A DNA stretch of 62,735 nt from a virus. Its lineage: Duplodnaviria > Caudoviricetes. Each line of letters begins with the position of its first letter. Within the stretch, counting starts at the first letter, position 1. The position numbers and the translations under genes are program-made. Shown here in pieces: positions 47,203 to 57,013 of the stretch. Under the pieces are notes generated by a model, which was not told the DNA's origin, made no database searches, and saw only the letters and a program-made list of their open reading frames with translations. The stretch lies in IMG/VR virus record IMGVR_UViG_3300002461_000940, positions 1 through 62,735 of that record; one strand, 5' to 3'.

Positions 47203-47245
47203 GAGGCCCGCCCAGTTGCATTCGCGCTGGGCGGGCTTCGTTTTT
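47203..47245 (+). terminator. Intrinsic terminator between tail and lysis genes
   Basis: GAGGCCCGCCCAG...CTGGGCGGGCTTC followed by GTTTTT. Confidence 0.75.
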
Positions 47246-47257
47246 CTGGAGGCTTCC

Positions 47258-47557
47258 ATGACTGAACCCGAACAATCGACACTGGTCGAGAACATGCTCC
47301 TGATGCGCAAGGAGGACTTCGACGATCTGCTCGACCGTGCCGCTGAGCGCGGTGCCGAGCGCGCGCTGTCGCACCTGGGGCTGGAGAGCAGCCACGCCGC
47401 TCGCGACATCCATGAACTGCGCGACCTGCTGGAAGCTTGGCGCGACGCACGGCGCACCGCCTGGCAGACCGGCATCAAGGTCATCACGACCGGCATCTTG
47501 GCGGCGCTGCTGGTGGGCGCTGCCATCAAGCTGAAGCTGATGGGTAGCGGCCAATGA
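47258..47557 (+). CDS. DUF6127-like membrane protein (holin/antiholin candidate)
   Basis: AAERGAERAL..LGL, DIHELRDLLEAWRDA; C-terminal transmembrane helix. Confidence 0.7.
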   Translation: MTEPEQSTLVENMLLMRKEDFDDLLDRAAERGAERALSHLGLESSHAARDIHELRDLLEAWRDARRTAWQTGIKVITTGILAALLVGAAIKLKLMGSGQ

Positions 47558-48030
47558 TCGAGACCCTGCTTGGAGGCCTCCTCGGCGGGGCGTTCCGTTT
47601 GGCTCCCGAGGTCCTGAAGTGGCTGGACCGCAGAGGCGAGCGTGGCCACGAGCTGGCGATGCAGGACAAGGCGCTGGAATTCGAGAAGCTGCGCGGCGCC
47701 CAGCGCATGTCGGAGATCGGCGCTGGCGCAGATGCGGCGTGGAACGTCGGAGCCATCGAGACGCTGCGCGAGGCGGTCGCCGCCCAGGGCCAGCGCTCCC
47801 GAGTGCGCTGGGCCGATGCGCTGTCCATCAGCGTCCGCCCGGTGATCACCTACTGGTTCATGGCGCTGTACTGCGCAGCAAAGACGGCGGCGTTCGTCGG
47901 GGCGGTGTCGGGCGGGGCCGACTGGGGCGCCGCGATCCTGCACGCCTGGACCGATGCCGATCAGGCGCTGTGGGCCGGGGTGCTGAACTTCTGGTTCCTG
48001 GGGCGCGTGTTCGACCGGGTGCGGCCGTGA
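47554..48030 (+). CDS. Holin-like protein (3TM type)
   Basis: SVRPVITYW, NFWFLGR; three hydrophobic segments. Confidence 0.7.
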   Translation: MIETLLGGLLGGAFRLAPEVLKWLDRRGERGHELAMQDKALEFEKLRGAQRMSEIGAGADAAWNVGAIETLREAVAAQGQRSRVRWADALSISVRPVITYWFMALYCAAKTAAFVGAVSGGADWGAAILHAWTDADQALWAGVLNFWFLGRVFDRVRP

Positions 48031-48491
48031 TCGCAGTGCCGCAGGCGGTCATCGATCTCGCCAAGCGCTTCGAGGGGTTTCACCGGGTGCCGAGGGCCGA
48101 TCCCGGCCGCGCGCATCCCTACGTCTGTCCAGCCGGCTACTGGACCATCGGCTACGGCCACCTCTGCGATCCGAAGCATCCGCCGATTACAGAGGCCGAG
48201 GCCGAAGGCTACCTGGCCGCCGATCTCATGACTGCGTTGAACGCGACGCTGCGCTACTGCCCCGTGCTGGCCACCGAGCCCGAGGGGCGGTTCGCGGCCA
48301 TCGTGGACTTCACGTTCAACCTCGGCGCCGGGCGGCTGCAGACATCGACGTTGCGGCGGCGGGTCAGCCAGCGGGACTGGTCAGGCGCAGTTGTCGAACT
48401 GCGCCGATGGATCTATGGCGGCGGAAAGGTGCTGCCCGGCCTCGTCACCCGGCGAGAGGCGGAGATTGCCTTGCTTCTTCGCAACGCTTGA
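48027..48491 (+). CDS. Lysozyme/endolysin (GH24)
   Basis: KRFEG...CPAGYWTIGYGH, DFTFNLG, LPGLVTRREAE. Confidence 0.92.
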   Translation: MIAVPQAVIDLAKRFEGFHRVPRADPGRAHPYVCPAGYWTIGYGHLCDPKHPPITEAEAEGYLAADLMTALNATLRYCPVLATEPEGRFAAIVDFTFNLGAGRLQTSTLRRRVSQRDWSGAVVELRRWIYGGGKVLPGLVTRREAEIALLLRNA

Positions 48492-48509
48492 TCCGACAGC
48501 ACTCGGAAG

Positions 48510-48541
48510 AGCTTGGCTTCAGGGCCGAACAGCGCGTTCAT
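48510..48541 (+). promoter_or_regulatory. 32-bp conserved motif, copy 5
   Basis: AGCTTGGCTTC-agggccg-AACAGCGCGTTCAT on the plus strand. Confidence 0.75.
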
Positions 48542-48568
48542 GCCATTCCCCGCAACGGAGAAGTGCCG

Positions 48569-48859
48569 ATGACCAGCAGATACAAGAAGGCCGTGATCGA
48601 GGATGTCGTCTCTCACGATATCGACGAGGCCCAACAGTCCAAGCTCCTCGACCTGTTTGAGAACGCCATGAAGTCAGTCGCAACCACACTGGTCCGCGAG
48701 GCCCGATTCGACACGAGCGACTTCGCAACCGCGAAGCAGGGAAACTGCGATGGCTTTCAGCTGACGCTGCAGCGTCTGCACGTTGACGGTCGAGACGTCT
48801 GGCAAGGTCAGTTCAGCAGAGCCGAAAAGCGGCTCACCGTGATCGCATCCCTCGAATAG
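48569..48859 (+). CDS. Small hypothetical protein
   Basis: MTSRYKKAV..., SD GGAG, preceded by motif copy 5. Confidence 0.7.
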   Translation: MTSRYKKAVIEDVVSHDIDEAQQSKLLDLFENAMKSVATTLVREARFDTSDFATAKQGNCDGFQLTLQRLHVDGRDVWQGQFSRAEKRLTVIASLE

Positions 48860-48867
48860 CCTGGCAC

Positions 48868-49809
48868 CTACTCGGCTTCCTTCGGCACGTCCCAGTCCGC
48901 CAGACGCGCTTCGCCGGTCTGGTAGAACTGCTTCACCAGCTTCACATACTCCAGGAAGTCCTTGTTCTCGGTCGCCAGCCGATTGGCGGTGTCCCAGTCG
49001 ATCTCCCCGCGCTCCCGGGCCGGTATCAGAACCTGGCTTTCGGACGGGTTCTCGACATCGATCTTGATCAGGCCGATGCCGTGGGCCGCAAACAGCATCC
49101 GCAGCTCCTTCAAGGTGTCCTGCCCCTCGATCTCGGCAGCCACCATGTAGCCAAAGTTTGCCCACGACGAGTTCGAGACGGACTGAAAGAAGCACTCTCG
49201 GACGTTGGATCTGTTGATCAGCAGCTTGACCTCGAGCGACCACAGCTTCGTGCGCTTGTCCGAGTACTGATTGACGCAATCCTTGACCTCTTGGTGCCAC
49301 TCGGCGCCCAGGTCCTCCATGCCGGCCAGATCTGGGTAGAGCCAGCGGCTGCCGTTCGGCCCGCGCTTGTTGGACGAGCGCCTTTCGTCGATGCGCTTTG
49401 AGTACACCCCGAACTCGGCCCACAGGTAGCTTGCCAGCAAAGGGTACAGGCCATGCTCGCCGATCTTGGCCTGCTCCTTACCGACGGGAGCTGCGACACC
49501 GGTGTTCTCGACCGCAGCGACCTCGGCGCTGTCGGACTTCTCCGAGAAGTAGTACTTCCGGGGCCGGCCCTCGGTCGTCTTGAGACCAGGATGCTTCTTC
49601 TGCAGGCGCGGGCGCTGTGAGCCGATCTCTGCTACCAACTGCTGTAGCAGGTCCGCGTCTGTTTCCAGCGCCTGGCTGCTCGCCTTCTTGGCGTGGCACT
49701 CGGTCGGGAAGGTCGCAAAGATCCACTCGGCAATCTGTCGAGCAGAGAACTTCTCTTCAGGATGCGCGGTCAGGTAGTCGACGACCGCCTTGCCGAGGTT
49801 AAGGGCCAT
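48868..49809 (-). CDS. COG2958/HrgA-like protein (N-terminal wHTH plus PD-(D/E)XK nuclease fold)
   Basis: EHGLYPLL, WLYPDLAG, SLEVK, FFQSVSNSSWANFGY. Confidence 0.8.
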   Translation of the reverse strand: MALNLGKAVVDYLTAHPEEKFSARQIAEWIFATFPTECHAKKASSQALETDADLLQQLVAEIGSQRPRLQKKHPGLKTTEGRPRKYYFSEKSDSAEVAAVENTGVAAPVGKEQAKIGEHGLYPLLASYLWAEFGVYSKRIDERRSSNKRGPNGSRWLYPDLAGMEDLGAEWHQEVKDCVNQYSDKRTKLWSLEVKLLINRSNVRECFFQSVSNSSWANFGYMVAAEIEGQDTLKELRMLFAAHGIGLIKIDVENPSESQVLIPARERGEIDWDTANRLATENKDFLEYVKLVKQFYQTGEARLADWDVPKEAE

Positions 49810-49827
49810 GGTGTTGTTCCTTTGGGG

Positions 49828-51876
49828 TCACTCGGCCATGGCCTTCAACAGCGCGTCGCGCGCGTCGGAGTAGAACTGGATGTCGATTTTGGTTGCCATG
49901 TCGTCGGACAAGTCGACCAACTGGCGCCGACACGCGACCGGCATCAGCAGCGACGTCGCGCCTTTCTCAACGGCGATCTCGGCAATCGTGACGGCGTTGT
50001 GGACGGGTTCAAGCGAGCCCCCGAGATTGATCTCGCCGACGATGATCAAGCCGCCACGTACGCTTCGCTTCAGCAGCGAGGTGCAAAGGGCCACCAACGA
50101 GGCCACGCCGAGCTTGGCCCCAGACTTCGCCGCGTCAAACGCCCGAAGCTGCACCGTGAACTCATGCTGCCGAGGGTCCTTGTCGCCAACCAACTGCAGC
50201 GCCCTGGCGTACAGGTTTTGCTCGGCGAAGCCGATGCTCTCGCGGAACGCGGGAGGAATGGGCTTGTTGAGGACCTTCACGCCAGACCCAGGGCCTTCGT
50301 TGACCTCGATGCGGTAGAGGCCCGAGTTTTCCTCCCCGCCACCGGGGCTGATGGTCCATACCTGTCCAGGCTCCAGCGGGTCGCCGCCGATGCTGTTGTC
50401 GCTTTGGAGCTCCGGTGTGGAGACGAACTTCTCGACGCCGTCGGCGCCCATGACGTAGCTGAAGTGGGTGTTCCGAAACTCGGCGGCGCCGACCCTCTTC
50501 TGCTGCTCCTTGACGCGGCGCCGGACCTCCATGGCGATGCGGACGGCCCATTCCAGGTCTTCGTCGGGGACCGGGACATCCGCGCTTGGGTACAGCAGCT
50601 TGAGCAAGCCGCTGACCGTCTTGTTGACGGCATTCGTGTCCCGGCCGGACAGGGCGCCGCCAAAGAAGACGCGGTTCTGCAACTCGCTCACTCGGCTCTG
50701 GTTCCGAAGTTGACTCCAGCACTCGGACAGGAAGTCGCTGACCAGGCCGAAGTGATTCGTGACCAGGTCCTTGTTGATCTTGGGCACGTCCCAACCAGGC
50801 AAGAACGCATGGATGCGGTCCATGAAGGCAGTGTCGTCCCGCATCTCCGGCGGCATAGGCCCAAACAAGTGCCCCACGCGTTGCTGGTGTTCCACATCGA
50901 CGTCGAAGTTGCCGACCAAAACGATGCTGCCATCCGCGCGGATGCTCTCCTTGCCACGGCTGAACTCGCCGGACTCCATGTAGCCCTTCATGATGTTCAC
51001 GCCGTCCTTCTGGTCGAAGGAGATGCCTGACACCTCGTCGAAGCAGACCACGTCGTACTGGCACACCAAGCCTCGACGGCCCTTGGGTGTGTTCTCCACG
51101 AACATCTTGGCCACAGTGGCTTTTCCACCTGAGATGAGGTGGGCGTAGGGCGAAACCTGCTGGAACAGATGGCTCTTGCCCGTGCCGCGCGGACCGAGCT
51201 CCACCAGGTTGTAGTTGCGCTCCACAAAGGGCACCATGCGCAGGAGCAGGGCGTTTCGCTGGCGGTCGCTCAGCCCGCCTGACTCAATGCCGATGGATCG
51301 GAGCAGAAAGCACTTCCATTCTTCGGTGGTGAACGCCTGGCGGGCTTTGGTCAGGGTGTCCAACACGTCGCGCTTGGACAGCTGAATCTCCCGTAGCGAC
51401 GTGATCCCAAATGGACGTCCTTTGGCCTCCTGGGCAATCGCCACATCGAACGTCACGCCCAGCTCGGCATAGAAGCCGCCGGTCAACATGCGTTCGTGCT
51501 GGTTGACCAGCTCGCTGCTGATCCGCACATCCGTCAGCCGAAGGCTCGGCAGGCTGGCGACGTACTCGCCCTTGTTGTCCACGCGCGCCGTCACGAGGTC
51601 GATGATCTTCACCTCGCCGGTTTCCAGCGCTTTGGCCTTGAACAGCTCCTCCTCGCCAGCGCGTACCGTGCGGGACTTGAGCTGGCGCTGCACGATCTCA
51701 AGCCCCTCGTCGATCTCCTCTTGGTCGGTGCTAGCGCAATAGCGCCCGAGCATGAACTCGACAACGTAGGTTGGCACCGGAAACTGGCGACTGAAGGTGC
51801 GGACCAAGTCTTTCCGGACCAGATACCCGTCCAGTACCGAAGCGGCTTTCTTGTCTATCTGATCCAGTTCAATCAT
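49828..51876 (-). CDS. brxL: BREX BrxL (AAA+ ATPase with Lon-like C-terminal domain)
   Basis: VPTYVVEFMLG, ELGPRGTGKSH, FDEV, MKGYMESGEFSRG, AFMDRIH. Confidence 0.92.
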   Translation of the reverse strand: MIELDQIDKKAASVLDGYLVRKDLVRTFSRQFPVPTYVVEFMLGRYCASTDQEEIDEGLEIVQRQLKSRTVRAGEEELFKAKALETGEVKIIDLVTARVDNKGEYVASLPSLRLTDVRISSELVNQHERMLTGGFYAELGVTFDVAIAQEAKGRPFGITSLREIQLSKRDVLDTLTKARQAFTTEEWKCFLLRSIGIESGGLSDRQRNALLLRMVPFVERNYNLVELGPRGTGKSHLFQQVSPYAHLISGGKATVAKMFVENTPKGRRGLVCQYDVVCFDEVSGISFDQKDGVNIMKGYMESGEFSRGKESIRADGSIVLVGNFDVDVEHQQRVGHLFGPMPPEMRDDTAFMDRIHAFLPGWDVPKINKDLVTNHFGLVSDFLSECWSQLRNQSRVSELQNRVFFGGALSGRDTNAVNKTVSGLLKLLYPSADVPVPDEDLEWAVRIAMEVRRRVKEQQKRVGAAEFRNTHFSYVMGADGVEKFVSTPELQSDNSIGGDPLEPGQVWTISPGGGEENSGLYRIEVNEGPGSGVKVLNKPIPPAFRESIGFAEQNLYARALQLVGDKDPRQHEFTVQLRAFDAAKSGAKLGVASLVALCTSLLKRSVRGGLIIVGEINLGGSLEPVHNAVTIAEIAVEKGATSLLMPVACRRQLVDLSDDMATKIDIQFYSDARDALLKAMAE

Positions 51877-51879
51877 GCG

Positions 51880-54225
51880 TCATCCCCCGCCTATCACGGT
51901 GTTTGCTTCGGCCACCAGCTCGCCGGTCGCACTGAGCAGGACCAGAAACGCCGCGCGGCCTTGCAGTTCTTCGTTTTCAACAACCACCGATGCGGTGCCG
52001 TTGTCCTTGAGCGGCTTCACGCTCACGACCACGCTGGAAGCCGGGTCGCCCGCCTGGGTGCGAATGTCCAGGGACAGATTCGCGTACTGGCCGTCAACGG
52101 CCACCGTGCAGCGCAAACCCTTCCAGGCGATGTCGGTGACCTCGGCCACCTGCTTGGCCGAAGCGCTCCCGCTCCGAGTCACCACCAGATCCAAGGTGAG
52201 GCACTCTTGCAAGCTCAACCCGCCATGGTTGTAGTCCACCGACTTGCCGTAGCAGCTCACGCCGTCGGCCAGTGCGAACTGCTGATGGGGGTTCCAGAAC
52301 CAGGGGTACAAACGCTCACCGGTGGAAGCGCCAGACTTGATCGAGGCGCAGCGCCCCCATTTGTTGTCAGTGAGGTCCTTGGACATCGGAATCGTGGGTA
52401 ACTTGCCCGGCATGAGTAGCCAGCCGTGGTCGGTCACCACCCTAACGCTGTTCCAACCGGCAGCCAACAAGGCGCCGATGCGTTCTGTAATCTCTGCGAG
52501 AAGCGGGTCGATGTGCTTGGCCAGCTTCCAGCCGCGCGCATGCCCCTCGCTGTCGATGTCGCCGAATTCGCACCATGCGTTGCCCTGGCCGTCACCGTTC
52601 TCGGTGCGGTCCAGCACCTTCCAGTGGTTGTCGTTCAGCAGCTTCTTCAAGTGGTAGCCGCCCTTGAGCGACTGGCCGGTGGCAGCGACGCAAGGTTCGA
52701 AGTCATCGCAGTCGTCGGTACCGCTGATCTTGGTCCGTACTGGCGAAGTAGCCGCCTTGCCGGTCGCGGTCACGCTGGGCAGCGCTGTCCAGCGCATGGC
52801 CTCCGCTACCTGGCAACCGCGTGTCTCCAGGGCTGCCGAGAGGCGGCGAGCCGCGTCAAAGCGAAGGCCATCCACGAACAGCACGCACTCGCCCTTGGAG
52901 GCAGCGAAGGCCTTGGCGCTGGCGATCGTTCCACCAGGGTAGCTCGATCCGTCGACCAGCTTTTGCAGGTAGCGCGCAGACTCCTCCAGCCAGGGCAGAT
53001 AGATCGCCCGAACGGCAGCAGTCACTGCGTCAATATCGGCCGCCTTTTCAACGCACGCCAGCGCTGACAGTACCGCATCGTCGGCTCGCCAGCCCTGCGT
53101 GGCATACCCGGCCTGCAAGTCCGCAACCGAGCCGGCCGCCAACGCTGTCTTGCTCACCTCCGCAACCACTGCCAGGTGCTTGGCGGCCAGTGCCAGCGGC
53201 GACTCACCCAACTCGGCCCACACCAGCTCACGGCGCAGCGCATGGGCCTTCTCCAGCTCCAGCACCCGCTTCCTGGCTTCGTGCGCAGGCAGGTGGTTCA
53301 AACCCTGCAGATCATGCTGGAGCGACTTCTCCTGCTCTTCGTTCCATTGCGGCCAGCCGCTGAGCTTTTCTGCAGGCGTGTCGAAGATGCCCAGGTCGGG
53401 CGGCTTGCACTGGCGGATTCGGTTCGGGATGTTGGGGTAACGCTTCGGTGCCTCGCCGTACCGCTCCCACACCGAATGCCAGGGCCCCTCGCGCGTCGCC
53501 AACTTGCTGGCACCCGCCAGAACGCCATCAGCCTGGGGGTTGAACGCCAGCTGTGACTTGCAGACCTCCACAAAGGCCTTCCACTCGTTGGCGCCGCGCG
53601 TGGTCTGGAACGCGTCGCCAAGATCCAGCCAGTGCAGCAGGTCGCGCACCGGGTCGCCGCCGGTCAGCAGGGTGTTGAAGTAGTCCTTGTCCAGCCGCTT
53701 GCCTTTCAACAGCTCAAGCTCTTCATCCAGCAGCCGGTACAGCGCCAGTTGCATGGCGTTCTTGGCGTCGTTGTCCTGGGCCACGTCCAGACCCATGCCG
53801 CCTTGGTCGGACTTCAGGAAGGCCATGATCGTCCAGTCCTTGGCGTTCGCCTGTGACCAGATCACGCCCCGGTACTGCAGCTCGGCCAAGGGCTTCAAGA
53901 GGTCCGGGCAGTCTTCGATCGCGCGCAGGTCCTGGCGGCTCACGCCAGGCAGGTAGAACACCGGCACTCGGTCGGCCGGCAAAGTGACATCGGACGCCTT
54001 GCCCGCAATCACGCAGCGCAGCCAGATGGCCGGCCCCGTGCGGTTCTCGGGCGCGTAGTCGCCCAGCACCAGCAGTTCGGCCAGCTCGCTCTGCAGGCGC
54101 GGGATCACCGCCTCCCACTGGCGGTCTTTGTCGGGCCACAAGATGCACGAGGGCGTGACTTGAACCTCGGGGTTGAAGATCGCCGAGTCGCGCAGAGTTT
54201 TGACCAGATGTTCGATCACGCGCAT
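51880..54225 (-). CDS. pglZ: BREX PglZ phosphatase-fold protein
   Basis: LFVDGLRFD, LPSVTATGK, IDSEGH, VVTDHG, HGGLSLQE. Confidence 0.92.
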   Translation of the reverse strand: MRVIEHLVKTLRDSAIFNPEVQVTPSCILWPDKDRQWEAVIPRLQSELAELLVLGDYAPENRTGPAIWLRCVIAGKASDVTLPADRVPVFYLPGVSRQDLRAIEDCPDLLKPLAELQYRGVIWSQANAKDWTIMAFLKSDQGGMGLDVAQDNDAKNAMQLALYRLLDEELELLKGKRLDKDYFNTLLTGGDPVRDLLHWLDLGDAFQTTRGANEWKAFVEVCKSQLAFNPQADGVLAGASKLATREGPWHSVWERYGEAPKRYPNIPNRIRQCKPPDLGIFDTPAEKLSGWPQWNEEQEKSLQHDLQGLNHLPAHEARKRVLELEKAHALRRELVWAELGESPLALAAKHLAVVAEVSKTALAAGSVADLQAGYATQGWRADDAVLSALACVEKAADIDAVTAAVRAIYLPWLEESARYLQKLVDGSSYPGGTIASAKAFAASKGECVLFVDGLRFDAARRLSAALETRGCQVAEAMRWTALPSVTATGKAATSPVRTKISGTDDCDDFEPCVAATGQSLKGGYHLKKLLNDNHWKVLDRTENGDGQGNAWCEFGDIDSEGHARGWKLAKHIDPLLAEITERIGALLAAGWNSVRVVTDHGWLLMPGKLPTIPMSKDLTDNKWGRCASIKSGASTGERLYPWFWNPHQQFALADGVSCYGKSVDYNHGGLSLQECLTLDLVVTRSGSASAKQVAEVTDIAWKGLRCTVAVDGQYANLSLDIRTQAGDPASSVVVSVKPLKDNGTASVVVENEELQGRAAFLVLLSATGELVAEANTVIGGG

Positions 54226-56048
54226 GGCTGGCCCTCCGTCATGGCGAAGAGCCCCATCACCTGGCCCACCAGCTTGGTCGTCCGCGCATCGATCTGCGCC
54301 ACGCTCCACGCCTCGGCCGTCGCCAACTCGGCGTTCAGCTTGAGCCCGTTCTTGTAGCCCACCTCACGGCCCTTGCTGTCGGCACGATCGCGCTTGTCTT
54401 TGAAGCTCTTGTTTCCCAGCGCGCTGTTGAAGCCGGAGATCGTCAGGTTGCCCAGCTTGTGAACATGCGTTTCCTGAATGGCTTTGGCCTTCTTCTCGTC
54501 TCCGCCCGCGATCATCGTCACCCACGACGTGGGGATGTTGTCGCCTTGCGGGAAGATGTGCTCGATGGTCCACACGAAGAGCTTGCCTTCGTACTTCCAC
54601 AGATCGACCCAGGTCTCCTTGGTCATGCTCTGCTCGGCCAAGGCGCAAAGCACAAACCGGGTGACCCCAGCGTTCTCCTCGTAGATGGCGCCTTCCAGCT
54701 TGCTGCGGAAAGTCTCATCGCTGGCCGACACCGCCAGCAACTCGTCGCGAATCGCCGTCACCAAGGCGTCGCCCTGCAGCTCTGCCACCTTGTCGATGGT
54801 GGCCATGAACAGGCGCGTCAGGTCACGGGTGGGCGGCGTGTCGGTCAGGTTGCGCCGAACGAAGAAGCAGACCAGCAACAGCGCGATCCTTTCCAGCTGC
54901 GCCACGTCGATACCCAGCGCTTCACGCCGCACCAGCAGGTACAGCATCAAGAGGTAAGACGGGGCGCCCTGAATGCGGTCGAGGTCTTTCAGCGGCTTGT
55001 CCAGCGGAGCCCATGCCTCATCCGTGTTCCGGGTCAGCATCAGTGCATACAGCTGACCGGCGGAACGGATCGCCTGCAGGTGATGCTTGGCGTCTTGGTT
55101 GATCAGCTTCTCGTAGATCTGAATCAGGTTGGATCTTGTGGCCACTAGGCCTAGGGGGTCCTTCTTCTTGTCCTCGTCCTTGCGGAACGGTACGTTCAGC
55201 GGGTCTTTGAACGCGTTGTAGTAGTGCCGGAAGAAGCGCTCCTGGACGCTGTAGTCGTCGCCAAGATTGCCAAGCAGCTTGTTCCACAGGTCGAAGTAGT
55301 GGTCCACCTTGCCGGGCTCGGTGGTTTCCAGCCGCGCCAGCAGCTTGTTCTTGATCAGGTCGATGGCCGTGAGCGGCATGCCCCGGTTGTTGAGCGACTC
55401 GAACAGCGTGTAAGCATCAGCGTGGCTGGCCACCTCGATCTTCACCAGGCAGGCCTGGCTCACTTTGTCGAGGAAGGCCATGATCGACGCCAGGCGATCG
55501 TTCTTGTCGTCCACCATCTCTTCGATGCGAGCCTGGAAGTACCGGAAGGCGCGGAAGATCCTCCGGTTGCCTGCGTAGGCCGGCGTATCGGCTGGGCTGA
55601 TCACGCCCACGTCGGACAAGACAGCGCGGTAATCGTTCTGGTTGTTGTTCTGAATCTGCGGGATGACGCGCAACTGGTCGTCTCCCTTCTTCAGCACCAG
55701 CTTGCGCTTGAGGTTGATCAGTTCCACGCGCTGATCGTCGTTCAAGTCCTTCTCGTGCCGCTTCAGCGACTGGTACAGCGCCGCGAAAAGCAGCGACAGC
55801 GTCGTCAGGCGCTGCTGGCCGTCCACCACCTCCAGCCGCTGCACCGCCAGAGTGTCGGTGGTCTGGTTGATGCAGATGATCGAGCCCAGGAAGTACCCGG
55901 GGTCGTTCTCTTCGATGTCATCGAAGAGCGACTCCCACTGATCCACCTTCCAGGTGTATTCGCGCTGGTAGCGCGGGATCGCATAGACGACACCTGCTTC
56001 TATATCGAAGAGCTGCGAGACTGGGTAGTTGTTGACCGACTTGATCAT
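54216..56048 (-). CDS. GmrSD-like type IV restriction endonuclease (DUF262 + DUF1524/HNH)
   Basis: IPRYQREYTW, VVDGQQRLTT, FESLNNRG, IEHIFPQ...LGNLT...NSALGNK. Confidence 0.92.
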   Translation of the reverse strand: MIKSVNNYPVSQLFDIEAGVVYAIPRYQREYTWKVDQWESLFDDIEENDPGYFLGSIICINQTTDTLAVQRLEVVDGQQRLTTLSLLFAALYQSLKRHEKDLNDDQRVELINLKRKLVLKKGDDQLRVIPQIQNNNQNDYRAVLSDVGVISPADTPAYAGNRRIFRAFRYFQARIEEMVDDKNDRLASIMAFLDKVSQACLVKIEVASHADAYTLFESLNNRGMPLTAIDLIKNKLLARLETTEPGKVDHYFDLWNKLLGNLGDDYSVQERFFRHYYNAFKDPLNVPFRKDEDKKKDPLGLVATRSNLIQIYEKLINQDAKHHLQAIRSAGQLYALMLTRNTDEAWAPLDKPLKDLDRIQGAPSYLLMLYLLVRREALGIDVAQLERIALLLVCFFVRRNLTDTPPTRDLTRLFMATIDKVAELQGDALVTAIRDELLAVSASDETFRSKLEGAIYEENAGVTRFVLCALAEQSMTKETWVDLWKYEGKLFVWTIEHIFPQGDNIPTSWVTMIAGGDEKKAKAIQETHVHKLGNLTISGFNSALGNKSFKDKRDRADSKGREVGYKNGLKLNAELATAEAWSVAQIDARTTKLVGQVMGLFAMTEGQPCA

Positions 56049-57010
56049 AGGGACTCGATCACCTCCGCCGTTTGGCGGTAGTCGGCCAGGTAGCGGTCGA
56101 ACGAAAACTCCGGGTTTTTGATGGCTGAGATGAAGTCGTCCATCCAGCTGCCCGCTTTCTGCTGCAGGCCATGCATGCTGGCCTCTTGCGCAATCACGCC
56201 CGCGGGGCGAGACGCGTAGTCCGTCAGCACGTTCAGCGCGGCATAGCCGTGGGGCCCCATCTCCGCGAAGTAAGTCTTGGTCAGGCTCTTGGTCTGGTCT
56301 CGCAACGCCAGAAGGTCATCGACCCGCCTTTGCTTTTCAACCACGTCTTTGGTCGCCTTGATGTCGAAGGCGCGGCACAGCAGGGGCAGCATCTCCTTCT
56401 CGGGTACGTGGTAGCGCTTGAGCTGGTGCAACTTCTCCGTCAGCGCGGTTTCCAGCTTGCGGATATCGCCGATGTTCTCCACGAAGCGGTCCACCCGGTC
56501 CATGCCGCGCCGGGTGTGGGCGTAGCTGAACTCGATGCTCTTGCTGCCAAAGATGATGCCGTTCAAGCAGATCCAGCGGCAAAAGCCCAGCTCAAAGCGC
56601 AGCAGCCGGGTGCGGTTGTAGCTGTTGCTGATGCGCAGAAAGGCCGTCCACCTGTCCTTCTCCCACGGCGAAAAGTCGGCGCTCTTGTGGATCAGGTCGA
56701 TGTGGCAGAACGACCGGGTCTTGGGCATGGTGATGTTCAAGCATTCCATGTCGCCGATCTGCGTGGTGTGGAACACCTTCTTCATCACCTCGGCCGCCAT
56801 GTCGTAGGCGGCCTTGTTCGTCACCAACTCGTAGTCGTCGGTCACCACCGCAAACGGGTGCTGCCGCTCCACGTCGACCACCGCGAAGTGGCGCTTGAGC
56901 TGCTGATACTGGTCGAGGCCGTCGGAGGCCGGCATGAACAGCGGTCGCATCTCCACCGGAAAGAACGCCTCAGCTGGATCTCGTGGCTTCCAGGCTTGAT
57001 CGGTTGTCAT
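56045..57010 (-). CDS. DUF932-like protein
   Basis: ISNSYN...FELGFCRWICLNG; ALNVLTDYAS; coupled to the GmrSD-like gene. Confidence 0.7.
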   Translation of the reverse strand: MTTDQAWKPRDPAEAFFPVEMRPLFMPASDGLDQYQQLKRHFAVVDVERQHPFAVVTDDYELVTNKAAYDMAAEVMKKVFHTTQIGDMECLNITMPKTRSFCHIDLIHKSADFSPWEKDRWTAFLRISNSYNRTRLLRFELGFCRWICLNGIIFGSKSIEFSYAHTRRGMDRVDRFVENIGDIRKLETALTEKLHQLKRYHVPEKEMLPLLCRAFDIKATKDVVEKQRRVDDLLALRDQTKSLTKTYFAEMGPHGYAALNVLTDYASRPAGVIAQEASMHGLQQKAGSWMDDFISAIKNPEFSFDRYLADYRQTAEVIESL

Positions 57011-57013
57011 CGT

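Larger units (their letters stand above)
134..48859. mobile_element. Temperate prophage (lambda-like head, siphovirus tail) next to ssrA; boundaries approximate, element may extend through the BREX locus
   Basis: Ordered recombinase, repressor, replication, terminase, head, tail and lysis modules. No attR copy of the ssrA 3' end was seen in the window. Confidence 0.9.
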
